DNA of 63,620 nt, filler included, from Myxococcota bacterium (GTDB taxonomy: Bacteria; Myxococcota; Myxococcia; Myxococcales; Myxococcaceae), in the NCBI GenBank assembly GCA_049322255.1. It is 5 parts of 5 records of this genome, joined end to end, with 100 filler letters (N's around TTAATTAATTAA, not from the genome) between each part and the next. Parts side by side here need not be neighbours in the genome. Positions count along the whole stretch, not along the records: positions 44,538 to 58,410 come from JBMORE010000110.1; 4 more parts are not named here. One strand, given 5' to 3'. The notes beneath the pieces were generated by a model, which was not told where the DNA came from, searched no databases, and saw nothing but the letters and a program-made list of their open reading frames with translations. The position numbers and the translations under genes were made by a program. Below are positions 47,503 to 56,444 of the stretch, in pieces (positions within the stretch are counted from its first letter, which is position 1; every line of letters starts with the position of its first letter).

Positions 47503-49518
47503 GTGCACCAGCAAGAAGCCATCGAAAGCCTGTGCCAGCTCGTGGAACAGGAGAGAGAACGAATCGTCCGGCTGTGGGCCAAGCGCCTGCGGTCGGAGGT
47601 GCATCAGCTCGACCTGCCGGGGGCGGGCACGCGAAAAACGTTGAGGGAGCTTTTGGACGAGCTGGCGCGTCTGTTGCGCACGCGTGGGGAAGACGCCTTA
47701 CGGCTGTGGCCCGAGCTGGTGCGACCGCACGGTGGAGTGCGCTACGACCAGCGCTTCGAAGCCGACGACCTGGGCCGGGAGCTCAAGGCGTTTCAGCTGG
47801 CGCTCCTGCACGTGTACGGCCGGCGGCACGGGTACATCGACACCAAGGTCGCCGAGGCGGTGGCCGAGCTGGTCGGCGAAGCCTCGGCCGCCGTGCAGGC
47901 CTGCTTCGCGCGCATCCTGCGTACCGAGGAGGTGCGCTTCAAAGAGGCGGCGCTGATGGAGTCGATTCTCCATCACGTGGACATCGGCATTTTGCTCGCC
48001 GAAGTGGACGGTACTGTTTCCTACGTGACCCCCGGCGTCGGACGGTTGCTCGGGCTGCCGGTGCGCACCATTCTGGGCGTCGCCGGGAGTCGGTCGCTGG
48101 AGGCCTGCCTGGCGCAAGTGAACGCCCGCCACCCTGACGGCCGGCCCTTCAAGCTCTCGGACATGCCGTTTTCCGCCGTGCTCGCCACCGGGAAGGAGGT
48201 GCCTTCGGCGTGGATGGTGTTCGACCGCCATCCCACCGGAGAGGAAGTCATCGTGGAGATGACCGCGATTCCCGTGCGGGAGCAGGGCCTGGAGGGCCCC
48301 CTGGTGGGCGTGGTGCAGACGATGAGCGACCGCACCGAGAGCGCCCACAAGACCGAGGAGCTCTCCAGCGCTTACGAGGAGCTGCGCCGGCTGCAGAGCA
48401 AACTGTTGCAACGAACCCGCTCCCAGGCGCTGGGGCAACTGGCCAGCGGAGCGGCGCACGCGCTCAACAACTACCTCAACGTGATGCGCCTGCGGCTGAA
48501 GCTGCTTCACAAAGAAGCGAAGCCCGAACATCTGGATGCGCTGGACGCCACGGTGGGACAGCTCGGTGAGCTGGTGAGCCGGTTGCAGGAGTTCTCCTTC
48601 GAGCGGGCCGAGGAGCAGCTCGCCGAGGTGGACGTGGACAGGCTGGTGCGCGAAGCGATTGACATGGCGCGCGGCACGCTCAGTGCCGAGCGGGCCGGGG
48701 TGCACGTGGAGACCGAGCTTCAGCCCGGCGCTCGTGCCAAAGTGGACGAGCCGTTCATGCGCGAGCTGCTCTTGGCGCTGATGCTGGTGGCAGGGGAGCG
48801 GCTGCAAGACGGCGGAACCCTCACCGTGCGCTCGCACGTGGCAAGGCCGTTCGTGGACGTCGAGGTGTGGCACCCCGGCACGCCGTACACCCCAGAGGAA
48901 GCGGCGGAGCTCTTCGACCCCTTGCGCCCGCGTGCTCCCAGCCCTTATTGGGCGCTCCTGCTCGCCATCGGCCGAAGCACTCTCCTCCGATGGGGAGGGG
49001 AGCTGGCTTACGAGGGTGCGCCTTCCGGCGAGGAGGGCGCTTTCCGGGTGCGGCTGCCGCTGGCCAGGGCCGAGCTGCCTGTGCCGCCGCCCAAGGCCGT
49101 CGCGCCACTGCCCAAGGGCCGACCTTCGCGGGCTCGGCGGGTGCTGGTGGTGGACGATGACGTGGACAATGCGAAGGTGATGGCCGAGGTGCTCGCGGAG
49201 GAGGGCTATGACGTGAAGGTGGCCCACAGCGCCGCCGAGGCCTTGGCGCAGTGGGAGCGTGCTCCCTTCGACGCCGCGCTGCTCGATGCGCTGATGCCCG
49301 AGCGCTCGGGGTGGGAGCTGGCTCGTGACTTGCGCGAGCGCTCGTCCGACGTTCTGCTCGCGGTGGTCACCGGCGCCGATGTACGCGGGCAGAGTCGGGC
49401 CAACCTCGCGCTGGTGGACGCGGTGTTTCGAAAGCCGGTCGACGTGGGGGCCCTGGACGATTTTCTCCTGCGCCCCCCGGAGCGCGTCGAAGGTGAGCCA
49501 CCGCTGGTACACTCCTGA
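47503..49518 (+). CDS. Hybrid sensor: RsbRD_N-like + PAS + degenerate His-kinase + REC
   Basis: HGGVRYDQRF; PAS; AAHALNN; intact REC (VVDDD, LLDALMP, KP); start uncertain. Confidence 0.8.
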   Translation: MHQQEAIESLCQLVEQERERIVRLWAKRLRSEVHQLDLPGAGTRKTLRELLDELARLLRTRGEDALRLWPELVRPHGGVRYDQRFEADDLGRELKAFQLALLHVYGRRHGYIDTKVAEAVAELVGEASAAVQACFARILRTEEVRFKEAALMESILHHVDIGILLAEVDGTVSYVTPGVGRLLGLPVRTILGVAGSRSLEACLAQVNARHPDGRPFKLSDMPFSAVLATGKEVPSAWMVFDRHPTGEEVIVEMTAIPVREQGLEGPLVGVVQTMSDRTESAHKTEELSSAYEELRRLQSKLLQRTRSQALGQLASGAAHALNNYLNVMRLRLKLLHKEAKPEHLDALDATVGQLGELVSRLQEFSFERAEEQLAEVDVDRLVREAIDMARGTLSAERAGVHVETELQPGARAKVDEPFMRELLLALMLVAGERLQDGGTLTVRSHVARPFVDVEVWHPGTPYTPEEAAELFDPLRPRAPSPYWALLLAIGRSTLLRWGGELAYEGAPSGEEGAFRVRLPLARAELPVPPPKAVAPLPKGRPSRARRVLVVDDDVDNAKVMAEVLAEEGYDVKVAHSAAEALAQWERAPFDAALLDALMPERSGWELARDLRERSSDVLLAVVTGADVRGQSRANLALVDAVFRKPVDVGALDDFLLRPPERVEGEPPLVHS

Positions 49519-49529
49519 AAGCCAAAGCC

Positions 49530-49563
49530 CCCTCTCCCTTGGGGAGAGGGTGGGGGTGAGGGG
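49530..49563 (+). repeat. REP-like palindrome, copy 5
   Basis: CCCTCTCCC-ttg-GGGAGAGGG-tgggggtgagggg. Confidence 0.85.
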
Positions 49564-49565
49564 CG

Positions 49566-50813
49566 ATGTCCGCCGACGATCTTCAGCGCGTACGCCTCAA
49601 AGTGGAGAAGGGCGAAGTGCTCGCCGAGGACGAGCTGCGCCTTCTGCGCCACGCCGCTCGAGGGGAGTCAGGCTCGACACTCAAGCTGGCGGTGGCGCAT
49701 GCGCTGGTGAACGCCGGTGAGGAGCGGCAGGCCCTGGGCGCCCTCACTCGGCTGGCGCGCGACTATCCCCACGACGTGCAGGTGCACCTCGGGCTGGCGC
49801 GTGCGCTGCTCGGGCTGGAACGCTTCTCTCCAGCTGAACGCGCGCTCAAGGACGCTCTGCGCTTGAACCCCCAAGATCCCGAGGCGCTCAAGGGGCTGGC
49901 CACCGTGGCGCTGCGGCGGGGGGAGGTGGCGCAGGCGCACGCGCACCTCGCCGAGGTGTTGAAGATCGATCCTCTCGATGAAGAAGCGCAGCTGCTCGTG
50001 GCCGAGCTCGAGGCGGGAGACCTGCCGCCGCCACCACCGGCGAGCTCCATCGAGTTGACGGAGTTCATCCGCGCGGTGTCCGCCCAGTTGGCGCGCGCTT
50101 CGATGGCGCACCGGGTCGAGGGAGAGGCGCTGGTGGTGCGTCTTCCCAGTGGCGAAGTGGCGCGGCTGGAGGCTCGTTCGCTCTACGCGGGGTACCTCGA
50201 GGGAGGGGGAGAGCTGTCCACCTCGGTGGAAGCAATTGTCCGCGAGCTGCGCGAGGGCGCCGTCGGGGTTCCAGAGGAAAAGGAAGCGGTCCTTCAGCGG
50301 GTGCTGCCGGTGGTGCGCGACGGAGCCTTCCTCGCCCGCGCCGCGGGAGCCTGCCACCGCGAGGGGCCGGCGGGGCTGTGGATTTTCTACGTGCTCGAAG
50401 ACCCGTCGTTGGTGCGCTACCTGCCGCGAGGGGCGCTCGGGTCGCGCGGACTGTCGCTGGAAGAGGTCGATGCCGCCGCCTTCGCCAACCTCGATGCCCG
50501 TCCGGCGACGGCGCATGCGGTGTCCATCGAGCGCGGCCAGCTCTCGCTCTCCCGGACGGCTACGGGTCTGTGGGCCCTGGCCGAGGCCGACGGCCATGAC
50601 GCCGCGAGGCTGCTCACCCTGGCACAGCGTCGCGCGCTCGCGGTGTGTGGAGAGCCTCCCTTGCGCGTGGGCTTGGGGTTTCGCGAATGGGTGCTCTTGT
50701 GCCGGGAGCAAGACCTCGCCGCCGTCGGCGTGCTCGAGGCCTTGCCCAGCGCGCCCGACGGCATTCGGGGCAAGTTTCTGCTCGACGTCGACGGGACGCT
50801 GCGCGCCCTCTAG
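49566..50813 (+). CDS. TPR protein with DUF1444-like C-terminal domain
   Basis: N-terminal TPRs; VLPVVR...FYVLEDP...AAFANL...DGHDAARLL. Confidence 0.7.
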   Translation: MSADDLQRVRLKVEKGEVLAEDELRLLRHAARGESGSTLKLAVAHALVNAGEERQALGALTRLARDYPHDVQVHLGLARALLGLERFSPAERALKDALRLNPQDPEALKGLATVALRRGEVAQAHAHLAEVLKIDPLDEEAQLLVAELEAGDLPPPPPASSIELTEFIRAVSAQLARASMAHRVEGEALVVRLPSGEVARLEARSLYAGYLEGGGELSTSVEAIVRELREGAVGVPEEKEAVLQRVLPVVRDGAFLARAAGACHREGPAGLWIFYVLEDPSLVRYLPRGALGSRGLSLEEVDAAAFANLDARPATAHAVSIERGQLSLSRTATGLWALAEADGHDAARLLTLAQRRALAVCGEPPLRVGLGFREWVLLCREQDLAAVGVLEALPSAPDGIRGKFLLDVDGTLRAL

Positions 50814-50814
50814 C

Positions 50815-51798
50815 ATGCACGGCATGCGCGCTCTGCTCTTGGGAATGGTCACCCTGTCGGCCTTGGCCGGCTGCAAGAAGAAAGAATCGCTCCAGCTCGC
50901 CGAGGCCGCCAAAGAGCGGGCCAAAGACGCGGGCAGCGGCGTTGCCCCCGTGCCGGCTCACGCCCACCTCATCGCCTCCGGGCAGAACGTGCCACGCGAC
51001 CTGTACGCCGCCGGTGACTCGCTCCATTGGCTCAACGAGGGGCGACGCGCCGAGGGCAAGCCGGGCCTCTTCAAGGTTTCCAAACGCGGCGGGGAGGTGG
51101 CCGAGCTCGCCGTGGGTCTGGGCATTCACGCCCACGCGCTCGATGGGGAGAATGTCTATTGGATTCACCCGGAGAACGAGGTGGTGATGAGGGCTCCGCT
51201 TGCCGGAGGCGCCCCCACGCCCATCGCCAGCGGGCAGGAAAACCTCTCTGCGCTCGCGCTCGACGACACCCACGTCTATTGGGCCGGCGCGGAGGAAATT
51301 CGCCGCGCACCCAAAGCCGGGGGGCCGGTGCAGGTGGTGGCCTCGAAGCTCTCCATTCCCAGCGGGCTTTCGGTCGATGCCCAGGCGGTGTACTGGTACT
51401 CGCCGATGTCCGGAAAGTTGGCGCGCGCGCCCAAGAAGGGTGGGGCAGCCAGGCCGGTGCTCTCGGAGAACGTCACCCTGCACAGCTTCTTTCTCGACGA
51501 TGGTTTTCTTTATTGGAGCTTGGGGAGTGAGAAGAAGGCGGTCATTCGCCGGCAGGCGACGAGCGGCGGCAAGCCCTTCGACGTGGTGACCGGGCAGGAC
51601 GTGCCTGCGGGCCTGACCGCCGACGCCACCCACGTGTACTGGACCACGGGTGACGCCATCTTCCGCGTACCCAAGGAGGGGGGCGCTGCCGCTCAGACGG
51701 TCGTCGACGGCACCGACCGCGCCCTCTCCGTCGCGGTGGACGAGACCCACGTCTACTGGTCCGACCGGATGGGGCGCATCCAATCGGTGCCCAAGTAA
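50815..51798 (+). CDS. Beta-propeller lipoprotein (DUF5050-like repeats)
   Basis: LAGC lipobox; repeated (L/V)D.THVYW...RxPKxGG blades. Confidence 0.8.
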   Translation: MHGMRALLLGMVTLSALAGCKKKESLQLAEAAKERAKDAGSGVAPVPAHAHLIASGQNVPRDLYAAGDSLHWLNEGRRAEGKPGLFKVSKRGGEVAELAVGLGIHAHALDGENVYWIHPENEVVMRAPLAGGAPTPIASGQENLSALALDDTHVYWAGAEEIRRAPKAGGPVQVVASKLSIPSGLSVDAQAVYWYSPMSGKLARAPKKGGAARPVLSENVTLHSFFLDDGFLYWSLGSEKKAVIRRQATSGGKPFDVVTGQDVPAGLTADATHVYWTTGDAIFRVPKEGGAAAQTVVDGTDRALSVAVDETHVYWSDRMGRIQSVPK

Positions 51799-52015
51799 GC
51801 TACATCCAAGCGGAGGTCGACGCGCATCCGACCCCCGATCGCTTCGTCCTCACCGGTTCGGAGAATTTGCGTTGGGTGGCACAGTTCTTCGAGAGCTGGG
51901 TCGCTTAGGAGATTTACAAGGCTCGGGCAAATGTTGGGCTGCGCTCACGCATCGGGCACCAGCGCGAGATTCGCGGTGGGGAGATCGACATCGTCGTCGA
52001 GCGAGGAGCGCGCGG
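51798..52015 (+). pseudogene. Remnant of an AAA_14 + DUF4143 ATPase gene
   Basis: SYIQAEVDAHPTPDRFVLTGSENL joined to FFESWVA*EIYKAR...GEIDIVVERG; internal TAG at 51906; no start. Confidence 0.7.
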
Positions 52016-52210
52016 CCGCCGCTGGGCGAGGAGACGTTCCCGACCGAGCACCGGCTGCGCGTTCCTCGACGGCCCACGCTTCGATGACGCAATATCGGCC
52101 AGGCAGGAGTCCAACCTCGAAATGCCCATCCTTTCCAACGGTGAGCTCCGCGACAACGGCACCATCGTGACGCCGACCCATTGGCTGTGTTCACCAAAAC
52201 CATAGGAACT

Positions 52211-53260
52211 TCACCCCAGCGCCAGCAGCTGGCCCCCGTAGCGCGATGCCGCGAGGGTGCCACAAGCGGCGCCGATGTCCTTTCCCCCCGAGTAGCGGCG
52301 GGCGATGGGCGCGCAGAGGATTTGCAGGTGGTTGCGAAAGGTCTTCAGCTCCTCGGAGGTGGGAGGCAGATATTTCCCGGTGGGGTCGGTGACATCGATG
52401 AGGTCGAGCTTCACCGGAATGCCTTCGAAGGTGCGCCAGAGTGCCTCGGCGTCCTCCTTGCCGGTGTTGAACCCGCGAATCATCACGTAGGCGAGCATCG
52501 CTCGTTCGCGTCGGCCGAGGGCGTAGTCACGGATGGCGCTGACCAGCTCCGGCAACGGATGGGTGCGCTCCACCGGCAGCACCTGGGCACGCTTCTCGGG
52601 AATGGCCGAGGTGAGGGAGAAAGCCAGCCGGTAGGGCAAGCCCTCGCGCAGGTAGCGGCGAATGCCCGGCACCCAGCCCGCGGTGGAGAAGGTGATGGCC
52701 TTGGCGGCGATGGACAGGCCCGCCGGGTGGCAGAAGATGCGCGCCGCCCGCGCTGCCTCCTCGAAGTTGAGCAGCGGCTCGCCCATGCCCATGAACACCA
52801 CTCCGCGCACCGGCCGGTCTGCCTCGGCACGAATTCGCAAGACCTGGTCCACCATCTCCCAGGTGGCGAGGTTGCGCGAAAAGCCCAGCTTCCCCGTCAT
52901 GCAGAAGTCGCACGCGAGCGCGCAGCCCACCTGCGAGGAGATGCACACCACGTACTTCTGCTCGAAGAGAGGAATGCGCACCGCCTCGAAGCGACCGCCC
53001 AGCGGAGAGTCGAAGAGGTACTTCACGAAACCGTCGTCGGCGCGGCGGCGCTCCACCACCGAAAGCGAAGGCAGCTCCCCCCGCGCCTGCACGAAGTCGC
53101 GCACCGCCGCCGGTACCTGGGGCGCACGTTTCACGTCGGCCAAGGACTTTGCTCCGTGAGCGAAGACCGAGGCAAAAAGCTTGAGGAGCGCGGTGCGGTT
53201 GGGCGCGACCGGAGCGAGCGCCGCCGCCCAGCCCTCGAGATCGAGGTTCTTTAGATTCAT
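52211..53260 (-). CDS. RlmN/Cfr-family radical SAM methyltransferase
   Basis: CISSQVGCALACDFC (CX3CX2C), MGMGEP, DIGAACG. Confidence 0.88.
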   Translation of the reverse strand: MNLKNLDLEGWAAALAPVAPNRTALLKLFASVFAHGAKSLADVKRAPQVPAAVRDFVQARGELPSLSVVERRRADDGFVKYLFDSPLGGRFEAVRIPLFEQKYVVCISSQVGCALACDFCMTGKLGFSRNLATWEMVDQVLRIRAEADRPVRGVVFMGMGEPLLNFEEAARAARIFCHPAGLSIAAKAITFSTAGWVPGIRRYLREGLPYRLAFSLTSAIPEKRAQVLPVERTHPLPELVSAIRDYALGRRERAMLAYVMIRGFNTGKEDAEALWRTFEGIPVKLDLIDVTDPTGKYLPPTSEELKTFRNHLQILCAPIARRYSGGKDIGAACGTLAASRYGGQLLALG

Positions 53261-53271
53261 TCGCGCGGGCA

Positions 53272-53505
53272 CTACTTCTTGCACTTCGACCTCAGAAACT
53301 CGGTGAGCCGATGGCAGAGCTCCTCAGGCATCTTCGCCGCCAGCGCCGTCCTGCACATCGCGGGTGTGGCTCGATAGGTGCGCATGAACTCCACGCACGG
53401 GGGGCAGGCCTGCAGGTGCTCCTCCAGATTTCGCTCTTCCTCGGCGGACACTTCGCCGTCGAGGAGCGTCATCAGCAGGCTGATTGAGTCTTTGCAGGTG
53501 TACAT
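53272..53505 (-). CDS. Zinc-binding anti-sigma factor (zf-HC2, RsrA-like, soluble)
   Basis: C...HLQACPPC (HxxxCxxC); directly downstream of the ECF sigma. Confidence 0.88.
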   Translation of the reverse strand: MYTCKDSISLLMTLLDGEVSAEEERNLEEHLQACPPCVEFMRTYRATPAMCRTALAAKMPEELCHRLTEFLRSKCKK

Positions 53506-53538
53506 CGAGAGTGGCCCTAGCCCCCGCTGGGCGGCATT

Positions 53539-54162
53539 TCAACGCGCATTGTAGAACCTGTCGATGGCTTCTCTGAGCGCCAGGCGCGCCCGGTGCAGCC
53601 GGCTCTTGATGGCCGGCACCTTTTCTCCTGTCATTTCGGCGATTTCCTCGTAGGAGAGGCCCTCCAAGTCCTTGAGCACGAAGACTTCGCGGTAGTCCTG
53701 GGGGAGCCGGTTCGTCGCTTCTTCGATGGCTTTTCCCAGCTCGGCGTCGAGGGCCTTCTCGTCGGCGCGGCGGCTCCAGTCGCTCTGCGGGTAGTAGGCC
53801 AAGCTGCCCCGCTCGGTGAACTCGGGGCCCTCGAGCTCTTCCTGGGCAGCCCGAGCCACTTTGGCGCGGCGCAGGCGCATCAGGGCGTGGTTGGCGGCGA
53901 TGCGGTGCACCCACGAGCCGAAGGCCGCTTCGCCGCGGAATTCGGCCAAGTGCTGGAAGGCAGCCAGGAAGGTTTCCTGGGTAATCTCCGCCGCGTCTGC
54001 TTCCGAGCGCGTCATCCGCAAAGCGACGCTGTACACCCGGTCGCGGTGCCGCTCGACGAGCGCCTCGAAGGCCGCCATGTCGCCGGCCCGGGCCCGTTCC
54101 ACCCACCCCGCATCGTCCACCACCTGGTCTTCATCCATCGCCGGGCCGGTGGTCATGTCCAT
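53539..54162 (-). CDS. ECF RNA polymerase sigma factor
   Basis: AFEALVERH...QETF...SWVHRIAAN; region 4 LSYEEIAE...KSRLHRAR. Confidence 0.94.
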   Translation of the reverse strand: MDMTTGPAMDEDQVVDDAGWVERARAGDMAAFEALVERHRDRVYSVALRMTRSEADAAEITQETFLAAFQHLAEFRGEAAFGSWVHRIAANHALMRLRRAKVARAAQEELEGPEFTERGSLAYYPQSDWSRRADEKALDAELGKAIEEATNRLPQDYREVFVLKDLEGLSYEEIAEMTGEKVPAIKSRLHRARLALREAIDRFYNAR

Positions 54163-54222
54163 TGGAACGAAGCGCCCATGATTTGAACGGTAGCCGCCAG
54201 GCGATCGGGCTGCAATCCGCGC

Positions 54223-54804
54223 TTAGCGATGGGCGAAGCGTCGGGGGACGCGGCTGACGAACGGGTTGTTTCTCACCCACAGACGGTAGGGCTTCTTCGC
54301 CCACGCGCCCGCATAGTCCACCCCGATGCGCGGGCCTTTGGCCACTTCACGCTCGGCAACCGGCGGCGCGTCTTCGAGGAAGACGACGTCGCCACCCAAG
54401 TCTGCCCGGTTGTGCACCCGCTCGATGCCCAACGCGCGGCACAGCTTGCCCGGCCCATCGGTGCGCACTCCGACGGCAATCCCCTCGAGGGGCTCCAGCC
54501 CGCGCACCAGCACTGCGGCGGCCACCCCTTCGGGCTCGGTGACCACGTTGAAGCAGTAGTACATCCCGTAGATGAGGTAGACGTAGGCGCGCCCCGGCGG
54601 GCCGAAAAGCACCTCGGTACGCTGCGTACGCCCCTTGGAAGCGTGACAGGCCAAGTCGTGCGCGCCGACGTACGCCTCGACCTCGACGATGCGCCCCGAG
54701 CGACGCTCGCCGCCGTCGATATGCACCAGGGTCTTCCCCAACAGCTCCCGAGCGACCGTCAGCGCGGGGCGGGCGTAGAAGTGAGGTGGAAGTCGCATCG
54801 CCAT
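54223..54804 (-). CDS. mpg: DNA-3-methyladenine glycosylase (AAG/MPG)
   Basis: [31 protein letters not shown]. Confidence 0.92.
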   Translation of the reverse strand: MAMRLPPHFYARPALTVARELLGKTLVHIDGGERRSGRIVEVEAYVGAHDLACHASKGRTQRTEVLFGPPGRAYVYLIYGMYYCFNVVTEPEGVAAAVLVRGLEPLEGIAVGVRTDGPGKLCRALGIERVHNRADLGGDVVFLEDAPPVAEREVAKGPRIGVDYAGAWAKKPYRLWVRNNPFVSRVPRRFAHR

Positions 54805-54825
54805 TTGCTAAGTCGGCCCCACAGC

Positions 54826-56382
54826 ATGCTTCAAACCGGCCGCGTCTCGGGCATTCTTCTCCCGCTCTTCTCTGTACGCTCGCGCACCGACTTTGGCATC
54901 GGCGACTTCGGCGCGCTCGACGGCCTCTTCGCCTGGATGCAGGCAGCCAAGCAGCGGCTGCTCATGCTCTTGCCGCTGCTTCCCACCGCGTCCGGTGACA
55001 CCAGCCCCTACGCCACCCGCAGCGCCTTCGGGCTCAACGCGCTGTTCATCGACGTGGCGGCGATGCCCGAGTTCATCGAGGCGGGGGGGGTGGCCGGCCT
55101 GAGCGACCAGGAGCGGGCGATGCTCGACGAGGCACGCGCCTCGACGCGCATTCGCTACGACCTCGTCTTCCCCTTGAAGCGCGCGGCGCTGGCCAAGAGC
55201 TTCGCGGTGTTCGAGGAGCGTCACTGGAAGAAGGGCGATGAGCGCGCTGCCGCGCTGCAGGCTTACGTCGAGGAGCAAGCCGCCTGGCTCGACACCTACG
55301 CGCTCTACGCCGCCATCTCCGCCGACCGGAACCATCAGGCGTGGTGGGAGTGGCCCGAAGCCTTGCAAGAACGCCAGCCGGCGGCGCTGGCCGAGGAGGA
55401 AAACCGTCTCGCCCGCGCGGTGCGCTTTCAAAAGTGGCTGCAGTGGGTCGCGGAGCGCGAGTGGCAGAAAGTGCGCGCGCAGGCCAAGGCCCGCGGGGTG
55501 CTCCTGTGCGGCGATGAGCCTTTCATCATCGGCATGGACAGCGCCGACTGCTGGGCCAACCCCACCCTTTTGCGCCGCGACGCTCGGTTGGGAGTGCCGC
55601 CGGACGATTTTTCCGCCACCGGACAGGACTGGGGCCTGCCCTACTTCGACTTCGCGCAGATGGAAAAAGACGGTTACGCCTGGCTGCGCTTCCGCGCGAA
55701 GAAAGCAGCCTCGTATTACGACCTGCGCCGGGTGGACCACGCGGTGGGCTACTTCCGCCAGTGGATTCGCGACGAGAAGACCCCCACCGGCCGCTTCATT
55801 CCTTCCGGGGAAAAGGAGCAGGAGGCGCTGGGGGAGCGAAACTTCCGTCTGCTGTCGCAGGAGGCGGGCATCGTCGCCGAAGACCTGGGAGTCATCCCCC
55901 CGTTCGTGCGTCACAAGCTCGCCCAGCTGGGTCTGCCCGGGTACCGGGTTCTGCGCTGGGAGCGCGACGAGGGTGTCTATCGCGACCCGCGCACCTTCCC
56001 CGCCTCCTCCCTGGCCACCACCGGCACCCACGACACCGAGACCCTCGCCGAGTGGTGGGAGACGGTGCCTGCAGTCGAGCGCGAGGCCACCGCCCGCGGC
56101 TACCCCGAGCTTGCTCGCTTGACCGGAGCGCCGCCGACCAACTTCACCCCCGAGGTGCATGAGGCGATGCTCCAGGCGGCCCTCAACGCAAGAAGCGAGT
56201 TGTGTGTGCTGCCCTGGCAAGACGTTCTGGGCACCCGCGAGCGCATCAACCTTCCTGGCTCGATGACCGACGCCAACTGGAGCTACCGCATAGACCAGGT
56301 GGTGGAGGAGCTGCTCGTACGCGAAGAAACCAGAGCCGCCGCCGCGCGGCTGGCGCGGATCACCGAGGCAGCTGGACGGTAA
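54826..56382 (+). CDS. malQ: 4-alpha-glucanotransferase (GH77)
   Basis: GVPPDDFSATGQDWG, RVDHAVG, AEDLG, TGTHD. Confidence 0.93.
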   Translation: MLQTGRVSGILLPLFSVRSRTDFGIGDFGALDGLFAWMQAAKQRLLMLLPLLPTASGDTSPYATRSAFGLNALFIDVAAMPEFIEAGGVAGLSDQERAMLDEARASTRIRYDLVFPLKRAALAKSFAVFEERHWKKGDERAAALQAYVEEQAAWLDTYALYAAISADRNHQAWWEWPEALQERQPAALAEEENRLARAVRFQKWLQWVAEREWQKVRAQAKARGVLLCGDEPFIIGMDSADCWANPTLLRRDARLGVPPDDFSATGQDWGLPYFDFAQMEKDGYAWLRFRAKKAASYYDLRRVDHAVGYFRQWIRDEKTPTGRFIPSGEKEQEALGERNFRLLSQEAGIVAEDLGVIPPFVRHKLAQLGLPGYRVLRWERDEGVYRDPRTFPASSLATTGTHDTETLAEWWETVPAVEREATARGYPELARLTGAPPTNFTPEVHEAMLQAALNARSELCVLPWQDVLGTRERINLPGSMTDANWSYRIDQVVEELLVREETRAAAARLARITEAAGR

Positions 56383-56389
56383 ACTCACG

Positions 56390-56423
56390 CCCCTCACCCT
56401 CACCCTCTCCCACAGGGAGAGGG
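56390..56423 (-). repeat. REP-like palindrome, copy 6 (opposite orientation)
   Basis: cccctcaccctca-CCCTCTCCC-aca-GGGAGAGGG. Confidence 0.85.
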
Positions 56424-56444
56424 AATCTGGGCTACAAACTGACC

